Origin: Fonticula alba ATCC 38817
Lineage: Eukaryota > Protista > Nucleariida
Length of the DNA: 44,323 nt
Strand: one strand, 5' to 3'
Assembly (NCBI GenBank): GCA_000388065.2
Contig: KB932201.1
Shown here: one piece after another, positions 32,638-44,323 of the stretch
Layout of the letters: each line of letters starts with the position of its first letter
Numbering within the stretch: the first letter of the stretch is position 1
Notes under the pieces: generated by a model
The model's input: the letters and a program-made list of their open reading frames with translations, nothing else
Told to the model about the DNA's origin: nothing
Databases searched by the model: none
Position numbers and translations under genes: made by a program

Positions 32638-35600
32638 ATGGACGACCAGGTCATCGACCTGCTCGACAGCGATGAGGAGGCCCGGCCGGCCCTCCGCCGT
32701 GGCAGGTCGGCCACCGCATCGCAGCCGCCCTCCGACCCGGTCGAGCTGAGTGACTCGGGGGAGGCCGAAAAGCCGGTGGTCTTGCTTCAGAGCACGCTCA
32801 GCTTCGCCCGTGCGGACGAACCCCGGGCCGAGCCCCTGGCCACCCCGCGACCCAATGCCGCCGTGGCCCTGGTCCAGTCGCGCATCGGGAGCTACTTTGC
32901 CGCCGGGGCCGGAGCGGTGCCGGAGTCGGCCGACGCGGCCGGCACCGGTGCCGGCCCCGCACCCGGGCCCGCCTCGGCCCCCGCCCCAGCCGACCCCAAC
33001 AGCGCCACTCCCTCGGACTTGGACGCCCTCGCGGCGCAGGGGCTCGGCGTGCGGGCGGCCAATGCCGAGGAGGTCAACCAGCGCCTCTGGGTGCAGGCCG
33101 GCCAGCGGCGGGTCTACCAGCTGGAGAAGTCGGTTCTCGAGGCCCAGCGGGACATCCAATTCCGCGAGACTTCACTTCAGTGCGTCTGCTCGGCTGCCCA
33201 TGCCCCCGGGGGCCGCCTGTGTCCTGTCTTTGCTCTTCTCCCCTTTTCCCCCTTCCCCGCGCTTCCCGCCCCGGCAGCCGGTCGCTCACCTGCCTTGCCC
33301 TCGGTTGATGCGTTGTGAAACCCTGCAGGACCGGCAAGATGGTGCTGGAGAACCTGCGCCAGCGGAATGCCCTTGAATCGATGGTGGCCTTTGAGGTTCG
33401 TCGCTGGCATCTGCCCCTTGCCCTTCCCCCCCCCCCTCCCTCCTCCCGCCTTTCATTGGGGCCGGCCGCCTGCCGAGCCCCTGCTCGAGCATCTACTAAC
33501 CGCCGCCACTTGGGCCGCTGGCTCGCAGGCCGAGCGCGTCGGCAAGCAGGAGACCGACCTGCGGAAGCGCCGGCGTGCGCTCGAGCAGATGGAGGTCCAC
33601 CTGTCGGAGGCGCGCCGCATGCTGGCTGCCGGGCCGCCGACCGGGTCTCGGCGGCTGACCGACATGTGGGCCGGGCTCGATGGCAACCCCCCGGAGTCGG
33701 AGTTCGATCGGCAGATTCGCACCGGGCAGATGACCCCGATGGATGCCCTGCGGCAGGACCGCCAGCGCCAGCGCCAGCAGCGCCTCGAGAGGGCCTCCGG
33801 GCTTTTCCGGCCCGGGGCGGCGCCTCCCCCGGGAGCCGGCCACTCGCGGGCCCCGCCCCCTGGGCCCCGGCCTCCCGTATGTCCCCACCTCTTCCGCCCT
33901 TGGCCCCCTTTTGCTTGTGGGTCCCTCGCCCTGTCTCTTTCTCCTCGAGTGCCACATGGCTGACCTGCCTGCCTGCCTGCCCGGTGTAGCGCCCAGGCGA
34001 TGGGGCGCCGCGCGCTCTCCCGAGCGAGGCCTCGCTCGCACGTCGTGCGGGCATGGTCCGCCCGCGCCCCGGCACCCCGGGCGCCCTGCCCCCGAGCAAG
34101 GCCCCACGCTCCGGGCGGGCCTCCTCCCCGGGGGAGAAGCCTGCCGCGGCTTCCTCGCGACCGCGGCTGATGGAGGTCATCCGGGCGATTGACGAGCGGC
34201 GTGCTCGTGGCCGCGCGGCCCCGGCCCCGGAAGACTCGCTGCCTCTGCCGGATTCGGCAGACGGCATGACTCGCAGTGCGTGCCGGTCTCTGTTCCTGCT
34301 GCCTGCAGGCCACACCCATGCATGCTGCTTACCATTGGCCTTCCCTGCTCCCCGCTCCCCTCTCCCCGCTCCCCTCATTCCCCCGTGCTACCCAGTTCAT
34401 TGTCAGTGTGGCGCGGCTTTTGCCGGCCCCTCCGAGCCGATAATCGAGTGCACGCGGTGCCTGCGCTGGAGCCACCTGGCCTGCGAGGGCCTGCTGGATG
34501 AGGCGTCCGGCCCTCGGCCTGGCGCCATCCATTCCGGCTTCCGGTGTTCCTTCTGCCTGCGCCGGATGGCCGCCGGGCAGGCCTCCAGCCGCCATGCCCG
34601 GCGCTTCGCCGATCCGGCCACCGGCGCCTCGGGCACCGGTGCTCGCCAGCGCCCCGGCGGCACCCTGCGCCCAGACGAGTATAGCGCCTCCTCCGATGAA
34701 GATGCCTTCCATTTGGGCGAGGGTGGCCGGTCGGACAGTGGCTCGGATCTGGATCTGGATCTGGGCGAGGGCCCCAGGCCTGGTCGGGCGGCGGGGCGCC
34801 CGGCCGCCGGGCCACTTCGGCGGCCAGGTGCTCGTGCGGCCGGCCGGTCGTCGGGCCGTTCGGCCAGCGAGGCGCCCTCGGACTCGGGGTCCGACTCGTC
34901 GGGCCGCTCGGACTCCGAGCCGGAGACCGAGGACCGGGACCCGGACGACATGGGCTGTGGCACCGGCCGGGCCGCCCCGGGCCGGCGCCGTGTTGTCACC
35001 AAGGAGGAGGATGCCTTCCCGGATGATCGGAATGAGGCATCCTATGTGGAGCGCGTCGTGCGCCTGGCACGAGTGAGTGTCCTTCGACGCCTGCGTCTGC
35101 TGCTGGTGCCCCCCCCCCCCCGCCCCCCGGTGCATTGCACCCATTTGCATGGTTTCCTTGGCCCCCCCCCCCCCCGCCTCGTCCGCCTCTCTCCCGCCCT
35201 CTCTTTTTCTTCCTCTCTCTCTCTCTCTCTCTATTTCTCTTTCGCCTGCCCGCCTGCCCGCCTACCCGCCTGCCTGCCTCGTCGCCGCTTGATGCCACCG
35301 ACCAGGCTGCTAACCATGCTGCATGCGTGCAGGACATCCCGGATGCCCGACTCAACCGCTTCTCGCCGGATGCATACACGGGCGTCCAGGCGGTGGGGGA
35401 TGCCCTGTCGACGGGCCGCGCCGCGGTCCTGCCCCTGCTGACCGGGCCCGATGCGCCGCCCTGCGATCCGGCCGATCTGGCCGATGTCGAGGCGCTGGCC
35501 GACCCCGGGGCCTGGAATCTGGCTCGCGCTCTGGCGGCCCTTGGCCGCGGGCAGCCGGACGATATCTTCATCTTCGATGAGCCGGAGTTCGAGGAGGGGG

Positions 35601-36842
35601 AAGAAGGCGTCCAGGCCGAGGTCGAGCCGGCGGAACGCCTGCGCGTGCCGCTCGATCTCTGGGAGGCCCTCTTCGACTACCAGCGAACCTGCCTCCGGTG
35701 GCTTTGGCAGCTGGAGCTGTCCAAGGTGGGCGGCATCATCGGCGATGAGATGGTGCGTTGCCGGTGAACGGGTGTCGCGCCTGCCATTGCCTGCCTGCTC
35801 CACAGCCGGCATCTCCCTTCCACTGACCGCGACCACACCCAGGGTCTCGGCAAGACAGTCCAAACCGCGTCCTTCATCCATGCCGTGCAGTACACCTTCT
35901 CCTGCCTGCCCCATGACACCCCGGCCTACATTCGTCGCCCGACGATTGTCGTCTGCCCGGCCACCCTGATCAAGCAGTGGGCGCGTGAGCTGCGCCTCTG
36001 GGCGCCGGCCCTTCGGGTGGTGATCTTCCACACGTCGCTGACGGCGGGCTCGAGTGCCGACGAGCTCCGCCGGGTATTCCGCCGCGTGTCCAAGCTCCCC
36101 AGTGCGTGCGCTGCTTTTCCTTGTCTTTTTTTTTCCATGTCGTCCATTCCTTGGCTGGGGCATTTCCCCCTTTCCCCCGGCCCATCGCTGACACTGGCGC
36201 TGGTGGGACGCGCGGCCGGGCCGAAGACACTATCCTGATCACCACCTATGAGAGTCTGAAGTCGCATGCGTCTGCGCTGCTCGGCTCACGCATGAGCCGG
36301 GCCTTCCTGGACGAGGGCCACCGCATCAAGAACCCGGACGCGGCGATCACCATCGCCTGTAAGCGACTGCGTGTGCGTGCCGGAATGGGCCCCGCGGCAT
36401 GGCCCCTGCCCATGTGTCTCTCCTTCTGCTTCTCTCCGCTTTTTTGGGAACCTCCTTTGTCGCCCCCCGCCCGCCCTCGCTGCCCCAAGCCCCCTGACCA
36501 TGTGCCTCCTGGCCGCCCTCTCGGCTGTGACTTCCAGACGCCACACCGGGTCATCCTTTCCGGGTCGCCGATCCAAAATCGCCTGAGTGAGCTCTGGTCG
36601 CTGTTCGACTTCATTGTTCCCTCCAAGCTCGGCGTGCGTTCCACCAGGCATGCCCTTTGCCTTTCGTCTGCTTGCGGCTCCTCTGACCCATTCGTCGTCT
36701 CGGCCAGACTTTGCCCGTTTTCCAGGCGCAATTCGAGACGCCCATTCGCCTGGGGGGCTTTTCCAATGGTACACCGGCCCGATGCATGCGCATGCAGGCC
36801 ATCCCTCCTGGCCCCTTCGCCCTGGCCTCCCTCTCCTCTTCC

Positions 36843-36888
<46 letters not shown>

Positions 36889-39102
36889 NNNNNNNNNNNN
36901 NNNNNNNNNNNNNNNNNNNNNNNCGCCCCCGCCCCTCCTCCCTCCCGCTGGCCGTCCGCCTGACATGACCATCATCCGGCCTCCTCGATAGCGACTCTGC
37001 TTCAGCGCCGGACAGCCATTCGCGTGGCCTCTGTCCTGAAGGACATCATCAAGCCCTATCTCCTTCGTCGACTGAAGGCCGATGTCGACCTGGTCCTGCC
37101 GAAGCGCACCGAGCAGGTCCTCTTCTGCCGGCTGGCCGACGCCCAGAGGGCCGCATACCATCGGTTCTTGCGCGGGCGCCTGCTCGAGCGCATCCTCGAT
37201 GGCTCGGTCAATTGCCTGGTCGGTGTCAGCCTGCTGCGCAAGATCTGCAACCATCCTCTGCTGGAAACCGAATCCGAGGACCGGGTGTGTATCGGCACCG
37301 GCGGCGGGAGGCAAATGGGCTCGCCCCTCTTCCCTGCCTGCCTTGCCTCGCCTCCTTTCGCCCCTGCTTGGTAGTAGTTGCATTGCACTTTGGTGGGCCG
37401 CCTGCTGACTTCCTCCCCTGTGGCTTGCTGCCCTTCCGCCCGGTGGCGTGCGCGCTTGTCAGCTTGATCCCCGGCGAGCTGACCCGCAGGACAGCGGCAA
37501 GCTGGCCGTGACGATGGCCCTGCTGCAGGCGTGGTCCGGGCGTGGCTCCCTCTCCCCGGGGTCACCCCCTGCGGTGGATTCGGGCCCCGCCGCGGGCCCG
37601 GCCCCGCCGCGGACCCTCCACCGGGCCCTTGTGTTTGCGCAGACGCGTCAGATGCTGGACATCATCGAGGCGGCCGTGGCCCTTGGCGGGCAGCCACTTT
37701 CCGCGGACGAGGTGGCTGCCGGGGGCCTGCGGCCGGACACCCCCCGCCGGGGCTTCCGGTACATCCGCATGGATGGCACAACCCCGGTGGCCCAGCGCGA
37801 CGCCCTGGTGACGGCCTTCAACAATGAGACCCTCCTGGCACGGAGTGTCAGCAACAGCGGGGTCAATCCCTTTGCCGAGTCGGTCCTGGCCCGGGCCGAG
37901 CAGGCGCCCGAGGCGGCTGGCCCGGGCGCCGACATGATCGGCCCCCCGGAGCCGGCCTTCCTCTTCCTCCTCACAACGCATGTGGGTGGCCTGGGGTTGA
38001 ACTTGACCGGTGCCGACCGGGTGCTCATCTACGATCCGGACTGGGTATGTCCTGTGTCGGGCTCCTCTCCCTGGGTGGGTGCCTGTGTGACTGGACCATT
38101 TCACTGACCCCCGTCTCCTCGCTCCGGGCATCTCGCCCTCCCCCTCGGGTGCTCCCTCTGTTGGTTTGTTTGTTCGTTTGTTTTCCTTTCCTCGTCACCC
38201 TCGCACGGGCGCACACTTGCCCGCCGCTTTCGCTAGAACCCGGCCACGGACTTGCAGGCGCGCGAGCGAGCTTGGCGCCTGGGGCAGCGGCGCGATGTCA
38301 CGGTCATCCGTCTTCTGACGGCCGGCACCATCGAGGAGAAGATCTACCAGCGCCAGGTATTCAAGCAGCTCATTTCCAATCGCGTGCTCAAGGATCCCAA
38401 CTCCACGAACGATCGGGCCGCCTCGATGGCCGGCATGCTGCTCGGCTCGCGCGATATGCATGACCTCTTCACGCTCGAGGAGGATCCCCTTCCGCCCGGG
38501 GGCCCGGCTGGCGGGGGCTCCCGGTCCGATGTCCCGACCAAGACCGAGAGCCAAGTGGACGGGGTACTGCGCCTGGATGAGCGCCAGTATGAGGAAGCCC
38601 AGCCCACTGCCCAAAGTGAGGATAACATGATCCTGCAAGGTGCGCGAGTCACAAATGCCCGGGGCTTGGGTGGAGGCTCGCAGCGCGGCACGACGCGGCG
38701 CCGGCAGGCGAGCTCCTGATGGGGCTCTGTCGCTTGGATCGTGTCTTCCTTTTTTCCTTTCTCCTCTTTGGCGCTCACAGCCTCCCATATATGCCCACGA
38801 CTGTCCGGCTGGCCCTTTGCCACACCCAAGAGCTCCTCAACAGCAAGGACATCCACGCCTCGGAGTCCCACGATTATCTGATCGGCGAGTCGTCCGGCTC
38901 CAATGGCGATTTGACGACGGTCTCTTTTACTCGCTTCCACCAAGACGAAGGTGCGTACTGGCAACTGGTCCCCCTCAGTCGGTGCTGAGCCTTCTCCTTG
39001 CCTTCGCCCTCCCCCCCCCCCTGACGGTCATGGCTACCGACAATGTTCGGGATTTCTTGGACCCGTGCTCCTTTGATGTGTCCTGGCTCTCTCCCTCTCT
39101 CT

Positions 39103-39135
<33 letters not shown>

Positions 39136-40284
39136 ACGCACACGCGCACGCAAAAACCCAACCACCCGCCAGCCCAACGCATTGCCGAGCAGGCATCGCG
39201 TGCTCTGCAGGAGTCTGGTGAGCGCATCCGCCAGGCGTACCGGACCTCCTTCAATCAGACCGAGGACGAGTCCCCCAGTTCGGTGGGCATGCCCACATGG
39301 ACCGGGCGCTTTGGTGAGGCCGGGCAGCCGGACGAGCCGAAGGACACCGGGCCGGTGGTGTGGCTGCGTGGCGGGTCGGCTGGGCCGAGTGCCGCCCCGG
39401 GGCGCCGGAATGCCCTGCCCCCCCAGGCCGCTGAGCCGCCCCGGCAATCGGCCTTTGATCGGCTGCGCCTCGAGCGGCAGGCCCAACATGCTCAGCGCCA
39501 GCAGCAGCAGCAGCAGCGTGCTGGGAGCACCGGCCCCGGCGCGGGAACGGCTTTCCAGCGGGAATTCGGCACCGGGGCCGGTACCGGTGTGGACCGCACG
39601 GCGTCGACATTTGCCCGGCCGGATGCCACGCGTGGGACATTCGCCGGGTCGGCTCTGGCATCCAGCACTCGCGGCCGCACGGCGCTGGCGGGGGCTGGCA
39701 TCGGGCCGCAGGCGCATCACCTGGCGCGGCCGGGCTCCGGCAGTCGTGGTCTTTCGGAGGATGACCGGGGCCGTGGCTGGGCCGTTGGCTCGCTGGTATC
39801 CGGCGCCGGGCCCGATGATGACCCATACCGGCATCCTCCGCACCAGGGGGAGGGGCTTGCGTCGGATGAGGAGGGTGCCCCGGGCCCGGGGGCCTCCTCG
39901 TCGAGCCTTCTGTCGGCCTTCCGCCGGCGACGCGATGACGCCATGTCCAGCACGTCGGTCCTGCGCACGGTTCGCGTGCGCTCAGCTGCCCAGCCGACCC
40001 CTTCGCCGGGCGAGCCTGCCCTGGCCGAGGGCGCTCTGCCGGAAATCCTAGATCACTTCCGGCGGCAGCCCATCTTGAGCTTCGAAGATTTGAATGCCGC
40101 CGCTGCGGCCAGCGGCGCGATCGAGGGGGGAGGCCAACTCCCGAGCCTGCTGGCCCGGTCACCCGAGCACCGGCTCGCCGTGCAGCGTCTCTTCGAATCG
40201 GTGTCCGAACCGGTGGCCGGGGCCGGGGTCGGCGAGCATGACCCACGAGTGCCGCGCATGCTGAATCGCGAATTTCTCCCCTGA
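32638..40284 (+). CDS. ERCC6: CSB/ERCC6/Rad26 SNF2-family ATPase (transcription-coupled repair), 15 exons, ~1794 aa
   Basis: Exons 32638-33179, 33329-33395, 33529-33876, 33990-34275, 34396-35072, 35333-35752, 35843-36101, 36227-36372, 36538-36633, 36708-36768, 36992-37284, 37490-38044, 38237-38639, 38831-38950, 39173-40284 sum to 5385 nt in frame. Motifs: [104 protein letters not shown]. Confidence 0.95.
34396..34556 (+). other. PHD zinc finger (C4-H-C3) at the start of ERCC6 exon 5
   Basis: IHCQCG-x9[16 protein letters not shown]~19-FRCSFC has all eight predicted zinc ligands in PHD spacing. Confidence 0.8.
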
Positions 40285-40576
40285 ACACATCACCAATAGA
40301 CACACACACACACACACGTGGACGTTGTCCAGGCACAAAGGGGGGAAGGAAAAAAGGGGGCATGAAAGGTGTGCTTGGCGTGCCGATGCGCAGTGGGCAC
40401 ATGTGTGTGTATTCATCATCGGCCGACCTGGCCAATATCAGCGCAAGCCGCCGGCCAAGGGGGGAATGGCGAGGGACGGGGCAAAGGGGAAAAAAAGAAG
40501 GACAATGCGGCAGAATGGCCGAGCAAGTGCCGCAGAGGCGGCACAGGCACTGGGTGGGGCGCATCCGGGGGCGCCT

Positions 40577-42076
40577 CTACACTATCCCAGCCAGGCCGGA
40601 GGTGGCCGAGTGAACGGAGCATTCGGCCTCGGTCGACTCGGGGGCAATGCTGTCGGCCGAAAGCTCGCGGAAGGTCTCGATCTTCCCCTCGAGGTAGGCG
40701 GCGCACTCGGCCACGGCGGCCGGCACGCGGCCCTCGATGGAGACACGCGTGCGGAAGGGAGCCGGACTGGTGGGCGTGGCCGGTGGCGGAAGGCCCACAT
40801 ACGGGTAGGAGCCGATCTTCACGCCGTAGGGCTTGAACTTCATCTGGGCGTCCAGCAGGGGGCTGCTCAGGTCAACTGTTTTGAAGGCCGGACAAAAGGA
40901 AGCGGGGAGGGGAAGGGACAGTGTCAATGGCTGGCGGAAGGGGGAGGGGGGGGGGGGGGCGTTGCTCGGGCAAATCGATCGGGTGGACGCACGCTCGCGA
41001 AGATAGGTATACAGCGTGACACGAGCAATCTCGCTCTTGGGACCGAGCAGATCGCGGGTCACCAGCGAGCTGGCCATCTTCTCAAAGAGGAAGGGGATCC
41101 CAGGCAGCACATGGACCTTGCCCATCTTGACCACCGGCACCCAGAGGCCGGGGATGGAGATGATCTCGGACTATATGCGCAGCGAGATGGGGTTAGTCCT
41201 TGCAGAGGGGGCCGAGCACCGTGCCAGGGAAGCAGAGGGGGAGGGAAGGGCAGAGAAAGGAAGCGATCATCTGGGAAGGGGAGGGGGGGGAAGAGGGTCA
41301 ACACAGGGCATCGGGCCACGAAACGCACCCCCTGGGGGAAGAGGCCCATGCGGAAGGTCATATCCGAGAGGTTGTACTCGATGTCGTAATAGTCCGAGAG
41401 CTTGCGGCATGTGGGCTCATGATACTCGAGCGGCACGTTGAAGGCTGCACGGGGAGCCAACGGCAGACCGGCGGACGAAGGGCGAGAGGGACAAACGGAG
41501 GGAGCGCGAGCAAGTGAAGGGGGGAGGCACACGCCCGCATGGAGACCAAAGGGGAAGGGGCAGACAGGGGCCTTGCCGGGTCAGAGGCAGGTGCGAAAAG
41601 CAGGGGGAAAAGAAAAAAGACGGCTGCCACAGGGGGACGCGCACCAGCCGCCACGCCGTCATATGTGATATCGTCATGAGTGGAACCGATGCCGCCGGAG
41701 GTGAGAATGGAGGTGTACCGGGGGAGCCGGGCACCCGAGGGGAGAACCATCTCCTCGGCCGACAGGCGCCGGAGGGTGGCCACGATGTCGGGCAGGTCGT
41801 CGGAGATGGTCTCAACACGGCCGAGCTCGATGCCATGCTACGAGAACCGGGCAAGGAGCCAGGGAGGGAGGTGGAAAGACAGGTGAGCGACGGCATGACG
41901 GGCTCTTGGCATTGCATGGAGGGCGCATTGGCGGCGTACCTCGAAGAGCATGCGCGCCAGGAAGACGGTGTTCGCGTCGCGGACTTGCCCATTGAGGATC
42001 TCGTCGCCGATGATGACCAGCGCCACGCGGTGGTGCTCGCCCGGCAGGGAAAGGGCCTCCGTCGAGGCGGGGGGGG
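40577..42076 (-). CDS. Molybdopterin-binding/CinA-like FAD diphosphatase (Fpy1 / FLAD1-N-like); join(40577..40875,40993..41170,41329..41444,41645..41837,41940..>42076), 5' end in or beyond a gap
   Basis: VALVIIGDEILNGQVRDANTVFLARMLF, ETISDD..DI, TSGGIGSTHDDITYDGVA.AF, LWVPVV....VHVLPGIPFLF, DLSSPL and GVKIGSYP. Four phase-compatible introns. Confidence 0.85.
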
Positions 42077-42662
42077 NNNNNNNNNNNNNNNNNNNNNNNN
42101 NNNNNNNNNNNNNNNNNNNNNNNNNNNNNNNNNNNNNNNNNNNNNNNNNNNNNNNNNNNNNNNNNNNNNNNGGGGGCAGAAAGGACGGCCGTGGTGCTGC
42201 TGGTGGCCCTCGATGGGGGGAGGATGCGCCACAATAGTATGCCGCCCAATGAAGGGGACCGAAGGTAAGACACCTGCCCCGGGGCGGGGGCTCGGGCACA
42301 CGGCCCGAAAGAATAAGGGCGAAATATTAAATCGGCCTTTTCTCCGCAAGTCCCCAGTCGGTGGCGCAATACGGCCATATCCCAGCCAGGCACATGGGGC
42401 CCTTGGCCGCAACACGCCCAAGCATGGAGCACCCCCCCTCCCCCCAGGGAAGCACAGATGCGGGGGCTCTTGGGCATGCCTGCATCCGTCGGGTCCTCAT
42501 CCTCCGCCGCCCGCGCCCGGCGGCCGGTCGTGCACCGGCGAGCCCCGATAAAGGGGGAGCCACCGATCACCGAATGGGGCGGCTTTCCGCCGTGCCGGAG
42601 GACGCCGCCTTCCGCGGAGCCCCCGGTCGAGATAAAAGCCCCGACCTTGGTCATATGTCCAA

Positions 42663-42736
42663 GGGAGCATAGCTCAGTCGGTAGTAGCGTGGGATTCATA
42701 ACCCCAAGGTCGTGAGTTCGAGCCTCACTGTTCCCA
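42663..42736 (+). tRNA. tRNA-Met (CAT), elongator type, intronless
   Basis: Acceptor stem GGGAGCA/TGTTCCC plus discriminator A, D-arm TAGCTCAGTCGGTAGTAGC, anticodon arm TGGGA-TTCATAA-CCCCA, T-arm GTGAG-TTCGAGC-CTCAC. G1-C72 and T54 argue against an initiator. Confidence 0.92.
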
Positions 42737-43325
42737 NNNNNNNNNNNNNNNNNNNNNNNNNNNNNNNNNNNNNNNNNNNNNNNNNNNNNNNNNNNNNNNN
42801 NNNNNNNNNNNNNNNNNNNNNNNNNNNNNNNNNNNNNNNNNNNNNNNNNNNNNNNNNNNNNNNNNNNNNNNNNNNNNNNNNNNNNNNNNNNNNNNNNNNN
42901 NNNNNNNNNNNNNNNNNNNNNNNNNNNNNNNNNNNNNNNNNNNNNNNNNNNNNNNNNNNNNNNNNNNNNNNNNNNNNNNNNNNNNNNNNNNNNNNNNNNN
43001 NNNNNNNNNNNNNNNNNNNNNNNNNNNNNNNNNNNNNNNNNNGGGCGGGGGGGGGGGGAGATCGCGCACTTCGCCCGCCCCCCCCCTCCTGATGGGCGAG
43101 CAGGCGAAGACCGGCGCCCAGCCCCGAAAAACAATTCGCCCGGCGCATGTCCAGCAGAGGCTTTCTCTAGGATTGGTGTATTCTTCTCCGGCGGCGGTGG
43201 CGGTGGCGAAACGGCACCCTGCCCCGCATCTATATGGGCAGTGGGTGGGCAACCGGGGGAAGCGTCCCATGCGGGGCGAGCAAGCTGTCGATTGGGGGCA
43301 CGGCCAGCCGCCGGGCGGAGGTGGG

Positions 43326-44258
43326 TCACATGGTGGGGGGGGCATCGCCGCCGCCGCCCAGACCGAAGGAATTCCGGTAGTAAAGCCGCAGGTTGATGCG
43401 CGGCACGGCGAACGCCATGAAGCCCAAGTGCACGGGGAACAGGCGATCATTGACCAGCAGAACAAGCTTCGACACCGGGCCGGCAGGCGGCCGCAAAGAG
43501 GAGCACGAGGAGGGCCCCCGGCCCCCGGCCGGGGTGGAGCAGGGCATACATCAGTGACAGCCAGCGATCGGAGCAGGGCGTGGCGCGGGAGCGGGATCGG
43601 AGGGGAGGGCAGATGGGCATGTACCTCGCCTGGGGTGCTCGTGGCACTGACCAACTTCGGGTCCAGCAGGCCGATCTCCACCATGCCGATGTAGAGAGAC
43701 TCCACCGGGAGGTGGGCCTTCTGCGCGCCATACAGCAGCGCGGCCGTCGTCGCGTAGGCAATGCTGTAGGAGGCCACCGTGGACACGGCCGAGCGCTTGA
43801 GGAAGTCCATAAAGCGAGCCTTGGTCTGCGTCCGGGATGCGGCCCACGGGAGCCACCCCGCCCGGCCCAAGGTAGGGAGGACACCACGGCGAAGGGGCGT
43901 GCGGCGGGCCACAGGTCAGCGAGCAGCCGGGTCAGGCACATTGGCAGGCAGGTGCATCCGGGGGCCGGAGGCTGGCCGCGGCCCGTTGACGTACCGAGGG
44001 GAAGGCCGAGTCCGGGGTCTGCACCGGGAGCGGGTCGCTATGGTGCTCGAAGAAGGTCTGCGGGATGGCCGTGCTGCCGACGGGCAGGTCGGGCATGGTG
44101 GAGCGCGCCTGGTGCGCCGGGACCACAACCCGCGGCTTGGGGGTCTTGCGCTTTTTGGAGGAGTAGTTGCGCTGCGGGAAGGTGGCCGTGGCGGCCAGCG
44201 GCGCGGCCGGCAGTGGCCCGGTGGCGCGGCCGAGATGGGGCACCAGGGAGCGGAGCAT
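43326..44258 (-). CDS. Small putative mitochondrial membrane protein, possibly FAM210/DUF1279-like; join(43326..43466,43625..43825,43995..44258), ~201 aa
   Basis: Presequence-like MLRSLVPHLGRATGP...QRNYSS. Hydrophobic segments RFMDFLKRSAVSTVASYSIAYATTAALL and LVLLVNDRLFPVHLGFMAFAVPRI weakly resemble DUF1279. Phase-0 introns. Confidence 0.55.
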
Positions 44259-44323
44259 GGTCGGGCGAGGGAGCGAGCGGCGGCCGCACGGGGGCAAAGT
44301 AAGGCAGAGAGAGGGGAGGGGGG

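Larger units (their letters stand above)
17977..43042. other. Eight assembly gaps (17977-18035, 23308-23383, 24531-24970, 28292-28310, 32318-32395, 36889-36923, 42077-42171, 42737-43042)
   Basis: N runs, most flanked by poly-G/poly-C. Confidence 0.98.

Noticed and set aside
42663-42736. Initiator tRNA-Met
   Set aside because: Lacks A1-U72, A54 and three G-C pairs at 29-31/39-41.
1-44323. CRISPR arrays, rRNA, transposases, LTR/TIR elements
   Set aside because: No regularly spaced repeats, rRNA signatures, RT/integrase/transposase motifs or terminal repeats were seen.

Overview
GC-rich, intron-rich eukaryotic genomic scaffold with 8 N-gaps, most beside poly-G/C runs. Composition, short introns (GTGCGT/GTACGT/GTATGT donors; CAG/TAG/AAG acceptors) and Ala/Gly/Pro-rich protein insertions suggest an opisthokont protist such as Fonticula (inference). 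Hand-spliced gene order: cardiolipin synthase 3' end (+), RER1 (-), FUSC/ArAE-like membrane protein (-), ~2265-aa orphan with an apparent mitochondrial presequence (+), bacterial-type class II HMG-CoA reductase with 3 introns (-), phosphopantetheine adenylyltransferase (+), divergent CUL4-like cullin (+), divergent Cdc20/Cdh1-family WD40 protein (+), CSB/ERCC6/Rad26 with an internal PHD finger (+), stand-alone FAD-diphosphatase/molybdopterin-binding-like protein (-), tRNA-Met(CAT) (+), and a small FAM210/DUF1279-like protein (-). No CRISPR array, rRNA or recognisable transposon. The most interesting items are the intron-bearing class II HMGR with an NADPH-type cofactor helix, the PHD-CSB fusion, and the Cdc20-like protein lacking APC/C-docking motifs between a cullin and CSB. 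All homology calls come from motif recognition by eye; no database searches were run.
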